Positions 9,429 through 18,817 of a stretch of DNA of 64,000 nucleotides are shown here, one piece after another. The notes under the pieces are model-generated. The model did not search any database. It was not told where the DNA came from and saw nothing but the letters and a program-made list of their open reading frames with translations. Made by a program: the position numbers and the translations under genes. Origin of the DNA: an uncultured Eggerthellaceae bacterium (lineage in GTDB: Bacteria > Actinomycetota > Coriobacteriia > Coriobacteriales > Eggerthellaceae); the NCBI GenBank assembly GCA_964518575.1, contig CAZFGW010000002.1, positions 61,974-125,973 of the forward strand. The letters are read 5' to 3'. Numbering within the stretch: the first letter of the stretch is position 1; every line of letters starts with the position of its first letter.

Positions 9429-10214
9429 TTACGCCTTATTCTCGTCCTTCGGCTCTGCGCTCTCGTCTGCGGGCATGGGCACCTGCACGATGGGATCCTG
9501 CGCCGACGCTTCTGCGGGCGCTATCTCGGGAACCGCGGGCGCAGGTTCAGGTGCGGTCACTGGCGTTTGCGCTGCCGGCTCAAGCGCAGGTGCGGGCGCA
9601 GGCTCGGGAGCGGGTGCGGCAACCGGCGCAACTGGCGCAACTGGCGCAGGTGCAGGCACAGGAGCAGGTGCGGGTGCCACTGGCGGCTGCCATGACATCG
9701 GGGGCATATTCGCCATCTGCTGAGCAACTTGCTTGTCCTTGCTCGCGAATACAGCGGCGATGATGCAGAGCACGGTGGTGATGATGCCGCCGCCCAAAAA
9801 TCCGACGATCGCACCGGCGATATTCCATCCGACGATGGTCCCGTATGCATTGATCTTCTTCACGTTCTTCAGCGTGAAGATTCCTGCGACGAGGGGGATG
9901 ATGCTGGCAATGATGCCACAGACACCCGCGATCCTGACAACAAGAATACCGAACTCGAGCGCTGCTCTATCGGAGCTTGAGAGGTAGCTGTCAGAGTAGT
10001 ATCCGTATGGATAACCATGGTGATAACCATAACCCGACCCGTAACCTTGACTTCCCGAGTATCCTGAGGCTGGCGCATAGGCATCGACCACGCTGCCCGC
10101 GAAATTCATCAGGCAGATCAAAACGATCCACCCCAAAATGGCGAGCGCCGCCAGAATGATAGTTGCGATTCCCAGCCCTTTCAGAGCGTTTGCATGTGAT
10201 TGTGGCATGTTCAT
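9429..10214 (-). CDS. Membrane protein with a Gly/Tyr/Ser-rich loop and a Pro/Ala-repeat C-terminal tail
   Basis: I chose the ATG at 10214, which is preceded by AAGAGGA, over the track start at 10340. About 4 TM segments. The loop reads GYSGSQGYGSGYGYHHGYPYGYY and the tail reads PAPAPVPAPAPVAPVAPVAAPAPEPAPAP. Confidence 0.6.
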   Translation of the reverse strand: MNMPQSHANALKGLGIATIILAALAILGWIVLICLMNFAGSVVDAYAPASGYSGSQGYGSGYGYHHGYPYGYYSDSYLSSSDRAALEFGILVVRIAGVCGIIASIIPLVAGIFTLKNVKKINAYGTIVGWNIAGAIVGFLGGGIITTVLCIIAAVFASKDKQVAQQMANMPPMSWQPPVAPAPAPVPAPAPVAPVAPVAAPAPEPAPAPALEPAAQTPVTAPEPAPAVPEIAPAEASAQDPIVQVPMPADESAEPKDENKA

Positions 10215-10544
10215 ATCCTCTTGTCGTGTTTCATTTTCGCGCCCCGCCAGACCAAGCACGGCGGATGGCGCACTCGTATCGCGCATCCCTGCAGCAAAGA
10301 TGTGGCAGAACCGGATTCGAGCGTTGCCATAGTAGCGCATCTAACTGGCTTCTAACAACTGTTCATCAGAATCAATACCAAGGCGTTTGATGAGCGTTAT
10401 CGTCGCTATCATGAAACGACAAGAATGTATGCAAGGCGCTGTGTCCATGCTGAAAAGCCCCTCATCGCGCGCGGTTCGTAATGAATCCCGGGGAGAGCAT
10501 CAGCAACGCACAAGAGCGGTTCTTGATGAAGGTGGGGGATCAAG

Positions 10545-12197
10545 GTGGCAACGTTTCAAGAATTTCTCAAGATTGCCCAACTGACCATTGCGGATAAAAC
10601 GTCCGGCAAACGGATGCATGAGATTGCGCATGTGTTGCGCACCTATAAGGTCACCCAGGGTATGACGCCGCAAAAGGCGGTCCAGATCCTTGAGGCGCTT
10701 GGTCCAACCTACGTGAAGATCGGTCAGATGGCATCCACCCGATCCGACATGCTCCCGAAGGAGTATTGCGAAGCGTTCGAGCGGCTGCATGCTGACGTGT
10801 CTCCGCTGTCGTATGAGGAAGTGCTCGCGTGCATCGATCAAGCGTACGGTGCAAGCTGGGACACGGTATTCCTCGCCATCGATCCTACGCCACTCGGCTC
10901 AGCCTCCATTGCGCAGGTGCACAAGGCGGTGCTTTTAGATGGCAGTGTGGTGGCGGTGAAGGTTCGGCGTCCGCATATCGTCGAGGAGATGGCGGAGGAT
11001 ATCACGATGATGCGCCATCTGCTTGCCACCGCCGAATTCGTCACGACCGAGCATGAAAATGTTCTGCTCAATTTCGAGAATCTGCTCGATGAGCTCGAAC
11101 GCACCACGGACACCGAGCTTGATTTCAATATCGAGCTCAACAATCTCATCCGCTTCCATGCGGAAATCGCGCGGGAGCAGGGTGTCACGTCGCCGATCCC
11201 GTATCCGAAGGTTTCCAATGCGTCCGTGCTCGTGATGGAATATGTCGAAGGGGTGCAGGTGGATGATGTTACCGCTCTCGAGGCTCATGGCGCCCGCCCC
11301 GAGAAAATCGCGTTTCGCATCACGCAAAGCTATATCTCACAAGTGCTCGAAAGCGGGTTTTTCCACGCGGATCCGCATCCGGGAAACATCCTTGTCAACG
11401 GAAATGAGATCATTTGGATCGACCTCGGAATGACGGGCTCGCTTTCTGCAAGCGAGCGCGAACTCGTGGGGCGCATGTTCGATGCTGTGTTCACCAACAA
11501 TGCCTACGAACTCATGCAAGCGGTCATCAGCATCTCGAAGGTAAAAGGTCCGCTTTCTACCGGCATATTGCTCCAGAAGCTCTCAATTCTGCTCAACAAA
11601 TATGCAACCGCCGAACTTGATGATCTTGATCTAGGAGAGATCTTGGGTGAGGTGGTCGAGATCATGCGCGAGCAGAATCTCATCATGTCTTCCTCGGTGA
11701 CCATGCTCGTCAGAGGACTCGTCACTCTTGAGGGCGTCATCCAGAAACTCGCGCCCAGCCTGAACATCCTGCAGGTCGTGCGGGTCTATGTGATGAAGCA
11801 CGCCCTTGACCCCAAGCATATCGAATCGGAAGCGGTGAAACTGATGGGTGAGGGGAAGTCCTCAGTTGAGGCGCTTGCCAAGATACCCGCGCAGATGTCG
11901 AACACGATCGACATGCTGAACAAGGGAGAGATCAGCATCAAGGGCGACATCAGCGTGCCCGAGAATATGCTTGCAACCATCTATGCCTCCGTGGGGCGCC
12001 TCTCGCTCGCATTGATATCGGTTGGACTGTTTTTAGGTTCGTCGCTTCTGTGTACAACCGATATGGAGCCGAGATTTCTCGAAGTTCCCGTTCTTGGCGT
12101 ACTTGGGTACATCGGCGCGTTTATACTAGGGGTGTACGTGATCGTTCAAACATTCAGGTCAAGACACCAGATGAAGAATCATCAGAAGCTTGACTGA
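10545..12197 (+). CDS. ABC1/UbiB-family atypical kinase with C-terminal TM segments
   Basis: 550-aa ORF with a GTG start after GGTGGGGGA. Motifs: [28 protein letters not shown] and IDLGM. Two C-terminal TM helices. Confidence 0.85.
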   Translation: MATFQEFLKIAQLTIADKTSGKRMHEIAHVLRTYKVTQGMTPQKAVQILEALGPTYVKIGQMASTRSDMLPKEYCEAFERLHADVSPLSYEEVLACIDQAYGASWDTVFLAIDPTPLGSASIAQVHKAVLLDGSVVAVKVRRPHIVEEMAEDITMMRHLLATAEFVTTEHENVLLNFENLLDELERTTDTELDFNIELNNLIRFHAEIAREQGVTSPIPYPKVSNASVLVMEYVEGVQVDDVTALEAHGARPEKIAFRITQSYISQVLESGFFHADPHPGNILVNGNEIIWIDLGMTGSLSASERELVGRMFDAVFTNNAYELMQAVISISKVKGPLSTGILLQKLSILLNKYATAELDDLDLGEILGEVVEIMREQNLIMSSSVTMLVRGLVTLEGVIQKLAPSLNILQVVRVYVMKHALDPKHIESEAVKLMGEGKSSVEALAKIPAQMSNTIDMLNKGEISIKGDISVPENMLATIYASVGRLSLALISVGLFLGSSLLCTTDMEPRFLEVPVLGVLGYIGAFILGVYVIVQTFRSRHQMKNHQKLD

Positions 12198-12211
12198 AGA
12201 AAGCAGATGCA

Positions 12212-13054
12212 ATGTTCACCATAGGATGCCACCTTTCCTGCGCGAAGGGGTATGCGCAGATGGCGAAAGACGCCCAGTCTATCGGTGCGAATACCTTCCA
12301 GTTCTTCACGCGCAATCCGCGTGGTGGTAAGGCGAAAGATATCTCGGCAGCCGATATTGCCGAGTTCGAAACCGTGTGCGCTGATGCAGGGATCGAAACG
12401 ATCCTGGCGCATGCTCCCTATACGCTCAATCCCTGCGCACTCAAACCTGATGTCGCTGATTTCGCCCGTGAAGTCATGGCGGACGACCTTGTGCGGATGG
12501 AGGCAACGCCGGGGCAGTTTTACAACATGCATCCAGGGTCGCACGTGAAGCAAGGCGCTGACGTCGGTATCGAAAAGATCGCTCAAACGCTCAACGAGGT
12601 GATGCAGCCCGCGCAGACAACGACGGTGCTTTTGGAGACCATGGCGGGGAAGGGAACGGAAGTCGGGCGCACGTTCGATGAGATCGCACGTATCATTGAG
12701 CGCGTGGATCTTGCTGATCATGTGGGCGTATGTTTGGATACCTGCCACGTCTGGGACGGCGGCTATGACATTGTCGATGATCTCGACGGGGTCCTTGATG
12801 AGTTCGATGCGGTCATCGGACTTGAGCGACTCAAGGCAATCCATTTGAACGACTCGAAGAACGATCGTGCCTCCCACAAGGATCGCCATGCTGCGATCGG
12901 TGAAGGATGCATCACTGCGAACGCCCTTATTCGCCTGACCGCCCATCCGCGTCTGCGGCATCTTCCCTTCTTTTTGGAAACGCCGCAGGATGATCTTGCG
13001 GGGTGGGGTGCCGAGATCGCGCTCATACGAGAAGAGCGCGAAGCATATCTTTGA
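12212..13054 (+). CDS. nfo: Endonuclease IV (AP endonuclease)
   Basis: 280-aa ORF with metal-ligand motifs HAPYTLN, HPGSH, ETMAGKG, CLDTCH, HLNDSK and DRHAAIGEG. Confidence 0.9.
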   Translation: MFTIGCHLSCAKGYAQMAKDAQSIGANTFQFFTRNPRGGKAKDISAADIAEFETVCADAGIETILAHAPYTLNPCALKPDVADFAREVMADDLVRMEATPGQFYNMHPGSHVKQGADVGIEKIAQTLNEVMQPAQTTTVLLETMAGKGTEVGRTFDEIARIIERVDLADHVGVCLDTCHVWDGGYDIVDDLDGVLDEFDAVIGLERLKAIHLNDSKNDRASHKDRHAAIGEGCITANALIRLTAHPRLRHLPFFLETPQDDLAGWGAEIALIREEREAYL

Positions 13055-13089
13055 TCTAATAACACGGTGATACAAAAAAAGGAGAGCGC

Positions 13090-14520
13090 ATGGCTGAGAT
13101 CCGATGCCCGCATTGCAAACAAGTATTCCAGGTCGATGACGCTGGCTATGCCAGTTTGGTACAGCAGGTGCGCGATGCGGAATTCGACAAAGCGCTCGCG
13201 GATGCCCTCAGTATGCGCACGGAACTGATCGAGAAGGACGCTCAGAAAAGCCTGCTCGAAAAAGACGGGCGCATCGAGTTGCTCCTTAAAGACATCGAGC
13301 AGATGAAAAAGGATGCCCAAGCATCCGTGAGCGCTTTGCAGGAGCGCTACGAGAGCAAGATCACGCTTTTGGAAACGAGCCTCAAAGACGAGCGGGAAAA
13401 AGCTGAGGCTGACCGGGATGCGGCAATCGCGAAAAGCCAGAGCGACCTCAAAGACGAACTGCATGAGAAGGAGCGCACTATCGCTTCGCTCACCGAACGT
13501 CTATCCCAAACTGAGCAGCGCCTTGAGCAAGATGTCGAACTGGCGGTCTCGAAGGTCAAACAGGAGCAATCGGAACAGCACCATGCGCTCGTGCGTGAAC
13601 TGGATGCGGCGAAGCGGACGCTTGAGCAGGAGAAAGTCCAGCATGAAGTTGAGACCGAACGCTTGCGGGCGCATCATAAGGAGGAAATGGAAATCCGCCT
13701 GCGCAGCAAGGATGAGATGATCAAGGAGCGCGAGCGCACGATCGAGGATTTGCGCGATATGAAGCAGCGCCTCACGGTAAAGATGCTCGGCGAGAGCCTT
13801 GAGCAGCACTGCGAGAACGCCTTCAACAAGATGCGCTCATCGGCGTTTCGCAATGCTGAGTTCAAAAAGGACAGCGATGTCATCGACGGTACGAAGGGCG
13901 ACTACATCTATCGCGAAAAGACCGCGGAGGGTGCTGAGCTCATCTCGATCATGTTCGAAATGAAAACGGAATCGGACACGTCGACCCACCGGAAGAAAAA
14001 CGAGGATCACCTGAAGAAACTCGATGCCGATAGGCGTAAGAAGGGTTGCGAATATGCGGTGCTCGTGAGTACGCTCGAGGCGGAAAGCGAGTACTACAAC
14101 GAGGGCATCGTCGATGTCTCGCACCTCTACGAGAAGATGTATGTGATCCGACCCCAGTTCTTCATCCCGATGATCACGCTTTTGCGCAACGCCGCCGAAT
14201 CCGCCGCATCGTACAAAAACGAGCTTGAATTGGTTCGCCGGCAGAACATCGATGTTACGCACTTCGAGGAAGCGCTTGAGGACTTCAAGGGGAAGTTCGG
14301 AAAGAATTACCGCCTCGCCAGTGAGCGGTTCCAAAAAGCCATCGAGGAAATCGACAAGACGATCGAGCACCTGAACAAGGTGAAGGAGGGGCTGCTCGGA
14401 AGCGAGCGGAATCTCCGCCTTGCAAACGACAAAGCAGAGGCGCTCACCGTAAAAAAGCTCACGCGCGGAAATCCGACGATGAAAGCCGCATTCGATGAAC
14501 TCGAAAAAGATGATGAGTGA
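13090..14520 (+). CDS. DUF2130-like protein: N-terminal CxxC knuckle, long coiled coil, C-terminal PD-(D/E)xK-like region
   Basis: 476-aa ORF. N-terminus is [13 protein letters not shown]. It has E/K/R/L-rich heptad-like sequence for about 250 aa. The C-terminal region contains GDYIY...ISIMFEMK (D...ExK). Confidence 0.7.
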   Translation: MAEIRCPHCKQVFQVDDAGYASLVQQVRDAEFDKALADALSMRTELIEKDAQKSLLEKDGRIELLLKDIEQMKKDAQASVSALQERYESKITLLETSLKDEREKAEADRDAAIAKSQSDLKDELHEKERTIASLTERLSQTEQRLEQDVELAVSKVKQEQSEQHHALVRELDAAKRTLEQEKVQHEVETERLRAHHKEEMEIRLRSKDEMIKERERTIEDLRDMKQRLTVKMLGESLEQHCENAFNKMRSSAFRNAEFKKDSDVIDGTKGDYIYREKTAEGAELISIMFEMKTESDTSTHRKKNEDHLKKLDADRRKKGCEYAVLVSTLEAESEYYNEGIVDVSHLYEKMYVIRPQFFIPMITLLRNAAESAASYKNELELVRRQNIDVTHFEEALEDFKGKFGKNYRLASERFQKAIEEIDKTIEHLNKVKEGLLGSERNLRLANDKAEALTVKKLTRGNPTMKAAFDELEKDDE

Positions 14521-14564
14521 CTGTGATACATTCAATGCATACTATTCTTTTGAGATAAGGATCT

Positions 14565-15503
14565 ATGATGTTCGGAGATAACCTCGATCGGATCGTCAAA
14601 GCCATAGAGAAGAACTACGAGGCGGACGAGATCTTCTTTACCAAACCCGGGTTGCGCTTCCCTTCAAGGAGTGTCATCAAAGACATGCTGAAGAAGCTCC
14701 GGCGGGTCGTTTTCCCGGGTTACTTCGGGGAAGAGGCGCTCTCAGCCAAAACAAGCCCCGAGTATTTCATTGGGGAGCTGCTCATCCAGATCGAGCGTGA
14801 TCTTCGTCAGCAGATCATCATCGCGCTTACTTACACCGACGATGAAGCCGATCGCACGATCGATATCGGGTCATGCGGCGAATGCGCGTCATCGAAGATC
14901 ATCAAGCGCGCGGCGGAAGCGTGCACGGTGTTTTTCGATGAGCTGCCCGGCGTCCAGAAGATCTTGCTGACCGACGTGCAGGCCATCTTCGATGGCGACC
15001 CGGCGGCGGCATCGAAAGAAGATATCATCTTCTCCTATCCGGGACTGTATGCCATTTATGTCTATCGGATGGCGCATATCCTTGAGAAGCTTGAGATTCC
15101 CATCATTCCCCGTATCATGACCGAGCTTGCCCATGCAGGCACGGGAATCGATATCGGCGCGGGAGCAACGATTGGCGATTACTTCTGCATCGACCACGGA
15201 ACGGGTGTCGTGATCGGCGAGACCACCATCATCGGAAGCCATGTCAAGATCTATCAGGGTGTCACGCTGGGCGCACTGTCCACAAGGGGTGGTCAACGTC
15301 TTGCAGGCGTGAAGCGCCATCCCACCATCGAAGACAACGTCACCATCTATTCGAACGCATCGGTTCTTGGCGGTGATACGGTGATCGGTGCGGGTTCGGT
15401 GATCGCGGGCTCAGCCTTCGTGACCTCAAGCGTGCCGCCGAATTCGCGTGTATCGCTGACCGATCAGAAGGTTACGGTACGTCAGCCGAACGAGAAGGAC
15501 TGA
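14565..15503 (+). CDS. cysE: Serine O-acetyltransferase (long form)
   Basis: 312-aa ORF with left-handed beta-helix hexapeptide repeats GIDIGAGATIGDYFCIDHGTGVVIGETTIIGSHVKIYQGVTLG. Confidence 0.82.
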   Translation: MMFGDNLDRIVKAIEKNYEADEIFFTKPGLRFPSRSVIKDMLKKLRRVVFPGYFGEEALSAKTSPEYFIGELLIQIERDLRQQIIIALTYTDDEADRTIDIGSCGECASSKIIKRAAEACTVFFDELPGVQKILLTDVQAIFDGDPAAASKEDIIFSYPGLYAIYVYRMAHILEKLEIPIIPRIMTELAHAGTGIDIGAGATIGDYFCIDHGTGVVIGETTIIGSHVKIYQGVTLGALSTRGGQRLAGVKRHPTIEDNVTIYSNASVLGGDTVIGAGSVIAGSAFVTSSVPPNSRVSLTDQKVTVRQPNEKD

Positions 15504-15531
15504 CCAGCTGCGTTGGGAAGAGGCGCTTTTT

Positions 15532-16416
15532 CTACCAACTGATGAGTTCGTACCCGTCGTCGGTAACCACGACTTGCACTTCCCACTGAGCGGTGGGCTT
15601 GCGGTCTTTCGTGCGCACCGTCCAGCCGTTCGGATCGCTCATATCAATCTTCGCTTTACCCATATTGATCATGGGCTCGATGGTGAACATGAGACCGGGA
15701 GCAAGGATAGTGCCGGTGCCCGGCTTGGTGACGAAGCTGACGAAGGGATCTTCGTGGAACTCAAGCCCAATGCCATGCCCGCCGAATTCCTTCACGACGC
15801 TGTATCCGTGATCTTCCGCATATGCTTTGACCACCGCGCCGACATCGCCGAGATGACCCCAGGGCTTCACTTCATCAAGGGCAAGTCTGATCGCCTCTTT
15901 GGTGACGATGACAAGCTTCTCAACCTCAGGGTCAACCTCGCCGATCATGAACATGCGTGATGAGTCGGAGAAATATCCATCGAGGATGGTCGAGCAATCG
16001 ACGTTCACGATATCGCCCTCTTTGAGGATATCTTCCTCGCTGGGAATGCCATGGCAGATGACTTCGTTAATGGAGGTGCAAACGCTTTTCGGGTACCCCT
16101 CATAGCCGAGCGTTGCAGGAATAGCACCATGCGAGATGGTGTACTCATGAACCCAGTTATCGATATCTTGCGTGCTGACACCGGGACCGATCAGCGATGC
16201 GACATGATCCAAAACGCCTACATTGACTTCAGCGCTTTTCTTGATGGCTGCAATCTCGGCAGGCGTTTTCAAAAGGCTTCGAGGCGGAACATATTCTCCC
16301 GCCTCGAAGCATTGTTGTAAGCGCATGTCGGTATCAAGATGGCACTTCTTGTATTTTTTCTTGCTTCCGCACCAGCATTCGTCATTGCGACCGATTTCCG
16401 GTAATCCGTCGTACAT
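15532..16416 (-). CDS. map: Type I methionine aminopeptidase with an N-terminal SEC-C zinc motif
   Basis: 294-aa ORF with CWCGSKKKYKKCH at the N-terminus. Metal ligand context DIVNVD, GHGIG, FHE and the QWE region are present. Confidence 0.92.
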   Translation of the reverse strand: MYDGLPEIGRNDECWCGSKKKYKKCHLDTDMRLQQCFEAGEYVPPRSLLKTPAEIAAIKKSAEVNVGVLDHVASLIGPGVSTQDIDNWVHEYTISHGAIPATLGYEGYPKSVCTSINEVICHGIPSEEDILKEGDIVNVDCSTILDGYFSDSSRMFMIGEVDPEVEKLVIVTKEAIRLALDEVKPWGHLGDVGAVVKAYAEDHGYSVVKEFGGHGIGLEFHEDPFVSFVTKPGTGTILAPGLMFTIEPMINMGKAKIDMSDPNGWTVRTKDRKPTAQWEVQVVVTDDGYELISW

Positions 16417-16433
16417 GTTCCACCTTCGCCTGT

Positions 16434-16988
16434 CTAGAAGTAATCGAGCTCCTTGGGAGCGGTAACGCTATAGACAGACATAGTAACACCGCGCATGATC
16501 AAGAAGATGGCTAAATACAGCGCGAAGAAGGCGGGTGACACGACGAACAGGATGCCGCAGATAAGCGAGATGATCCCGTTGAGCAGCATGAGCCACCAAT
16601 ATGAGGTGTATTTCTTCATGCCGATCGACCCGATGATGGCGAAGGCGCCGTAGGCGATGACGAAGCATCCGACGAATAGCGTGATGACGCCGGCGGCGAC
16701 CACAGGATGGATCAGGAACATTGCGCCCAGCAGTAGATCCAAGATGCCGGTTAGAAGCGTCCAGCCTGCGCCGTCGGTGCCGCGCACATTCCACCACATA
16801 ACGAAGTCGAAGATGCCGGCGAAGATGAGGAAGACGCCCGCAATGGTTGCCAGCATGACAAGGGAGAGCCCCGGCCAGAAGAGCACGACGATGCCCGCCA
16901 ATGCCACAAGGATGCCGATGACCACGCCGCCCCATGCGATCGATGAGCCGGAGTTTGTGTTATGGGTTTGCATAACATGAGTATTCAT
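16434..16988 (-). CDS. HdeD/DUF308-like integral membrane protein
   Basis: 184-aa ORF with about six evenly spaced TM helices with Gly/Ile/Phe-rich repeats. Confidence 0.65.
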   Translation of the reverse strand: MNTHVMQTHNTNSGSSIAWGGVVIGILVALAGIVVLFWPGLSLVMLATIAGVFLIFAGIFDFVMWWNVRGTDGAGWTLLTGILDLLLGAMFLIHPVVAAGVITLFVGCFVIAYGAFAIIGSIGMKKYTSYWWLMLLNGIISLICGILFVVSPAFFALYLAIFLIMRGVTMSVYSVTAPKELDYF

Positions 16989-17177
16989 GTGATACCTCCT
17001 TTACCCGTTCGTTCATTGCCCTTATTGTCCTCTTCGGAAAATGATGGCGAAGGTGAGGGAGGGGACTGTTTCTCAGAGGGGTTCACCCTGTAAAGAAACC
17101 GTGGGAAACGGGTATGCCCGCAACGCGCAATGAACTATGCATGGATGGTTGATATACCAAGAGGAATGATAGCTGGG

Positions 17178-17210
17178 CATAGACGTTGGGGCGAGATTCA
17201 TCTCGCTCGC
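17178..17210 (+). repeat. Palindromic repeat, copy 4
   Basis: CATAGACGTTGGGGCGAGATTCATCTCGCTCGC. The stem spans 17189-17208 (7 Watson-Crick pairs plus 1 G-U). It lies 37 nt beyond the stop (17247) of the minus-strand gene. Confidence 0.8.
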
Positions 17211-17246
17211 TGTGTCAAAATGCTATCAACGGCTATGTTGCTCGAA

Positions 17247-18671
17247 CTAAGCCCAATTGAAATTGATGACCAGGGGCGCTTCAGGAAGATTACCAGTTGC
17301 GCTGATGGCTCCTTTTGCAAGGATATGTTGTCCATAAATAAAGCCACCCGTTCCGGTCAATTCGAAATACGTCGTGATATAAACGCGGTTATCGAATTCG
17401 ACTCGGATGACATCGTCGGTGCGCAAAAGGACGCGCCCGTCGGATTGGATCTGCACGGTACCCGGTACCTCAACGAGGTCTCCTGAGTAACACACGAGCA
17501 GCATGGTCGGCTGCAGGTTCGTTGTGCCGCCGCCCGATGAGCCGCCTGATCCGTTATTGCCGCCGTTGTTCGCGTCCGGATTCTCGGTGGGTTTCTGCTC
17601 TGCAGGCGGCGTTTGGTTGTTGTCGAGTCCTTCGATCGAGGCGATGGTGACGACCCATCCCCGCTCGCCATTCCATGAAACGGTTGTTTTCACGGTGCAG
17701 GTTTTGGTTTGCCCATCGATGTCTTTGGTCAGGGTGAAGTTAGCGGTGCCTCCCTCGGTGGTGAGCGACGCCTCGGGTGTGATCTGGCATCCCTCGAATT
17801 GCGTTGCCAGATTCGGATCCTTGGACTTGAGGATGGCGGGGAAGTTGCTCACAATCTCATCGATATCGGCAGGAACCTTCGGTTTCGCATTGAGCGTTCC
17901 CTCGCGGACGGTACCGCGCATCCAGCTCGAGGAGTCCTCGTTGTATTGCATACGCATGCTTAGCGGCACCTGCACCGAGAGCGCATCGTTCTCATAGGTG
18001 GCGTTCGCGAGACCTTCGCAATAGAACGTTTCCCCTTCAGAGGTCACATTACCCGCACGATAATCACTGATCTTCGGACCGGTGAGGTTTTCCGTATCGA
18101 TGTACTTGAAGGTCGAAAGATCGGGAGCGTCCACCTCGGCGCCCTCATAGGCGGTCTCAACCTGCGAAGCACTGGGGGCTTCAGGGGCAGGTTCTTCCTG
18201 ATCGAACAGATGGAAATAGAAGATGGCGAACGTTGCCGCTAAGGTAAGCAGTGCGACAACGCAAAGGATGATGCCGAGGATCAAAAGCTTGCTCTTGGGG
18301 CGCTTCTCTTCTTGACGCGGCGTAGGTGATGAGGGTGTTGCGATTGGCATGCTCACGGGAGTAGGCGCAACGTAGGGCGTGGGTGGTTGTTGAGCATATG
18401 TGGGAACGGCAGGGGGCTGCACAAGCGGAGTCGGGATCTGCTGTGTGGGCACGGGCGCAGGTACGCTCGGCTCGACCGGGGCTTGCTGCGCCGTGGGCGC
18501 GCTTCCCGACCGAGGAACCGTCGTGATGATAGGCACAGGAATCACCTGTGCGTCAGATGCAATTCCGCCCGTGGATGAAGGGGAGTTTCCCTTCGAAGTG
18601 TTAGCACTTGATTGATCATCAAATGACGGAATTGAAATATCGTTATGTGTTAGCGAATGATCCTCGCTCAC
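17247..18671 (-). CDS. Hypothetical single-pass membrane protein with a Pro-rich N-terminal region and a large extracytoplasmic domain
   Basis: 474-aa ORF. It has a Pro/Thr/Val-rich cytoplasmic part, one TM (LLILGIILCVVALLTLAATFAIFYF), and a Gly/Asn/Ser linker before the C-terminal domain. I did not recognise any family. Confidence 0.55.
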   Translation of the reverse strand: MSEDHSLTHNDISIPSFDDQSSANTSKGNSPSSTGGIASDAQVIPVPIITTVPRSGSAPTAQQAPVEPSVPAPVPTQQIPTPLVQPPAVPTYAQQPPTPYVAPTPVSMPIATPSSPTPRQEEKRPKSKLLILGIILCVVALLTLAATFAIFYFHLFDQEEPAPEAPSASQVETAYEGAEVDAPDLSTFKYIDTENLTGPKISDYRAGNVTSEGETFYCEGLANATYENDALSVQVPLSMRMQYNEDSSSWMRGTVREGTLNAKPKVPADIDEIVSNFPAILKSKDPNLATQFEGCQITPEASLTTEGGTANFTLTKDIDGQTKTCTVKTTVSWNGERGWVVTIASIEGLDNNQTPPAEQKPTENPDANNGGNNGSGGSSGGGTTNLQPTMLLVCYSGDLVEVPGTVQIQSDGRVLLRTDDVIRVEFDNRVYITTYFELTGTGGFIYGQHILAKGAISATGNLPEAPLVINFNWA

Positions 18672-18817
18672 AGGCTATAGTCCTTTTACTGCTCGGTTGT
18701 CGTTTTTGTGCTGCGTTCCCATTTGCGCAGTGCTTAATAACCCAGTAAAACTATACTATAAATACACAATAATTTCACTTACAAAAAGCGCTGAATGAGA
18801 AGGTAAGAGCGGCGATT

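Noticed and set aside
9214-9763. Plus-strand ORFs of 155-169 aa rich in Gly/Ala/Ser (AGAGSGAGAATGATG).
   Set aside because: They are the mirror image of the Pro/Ala-repeat tail of the minus-strand membrane protein (9429-10214). Their 5' parts run through the repeat nest, and they have no independent support.
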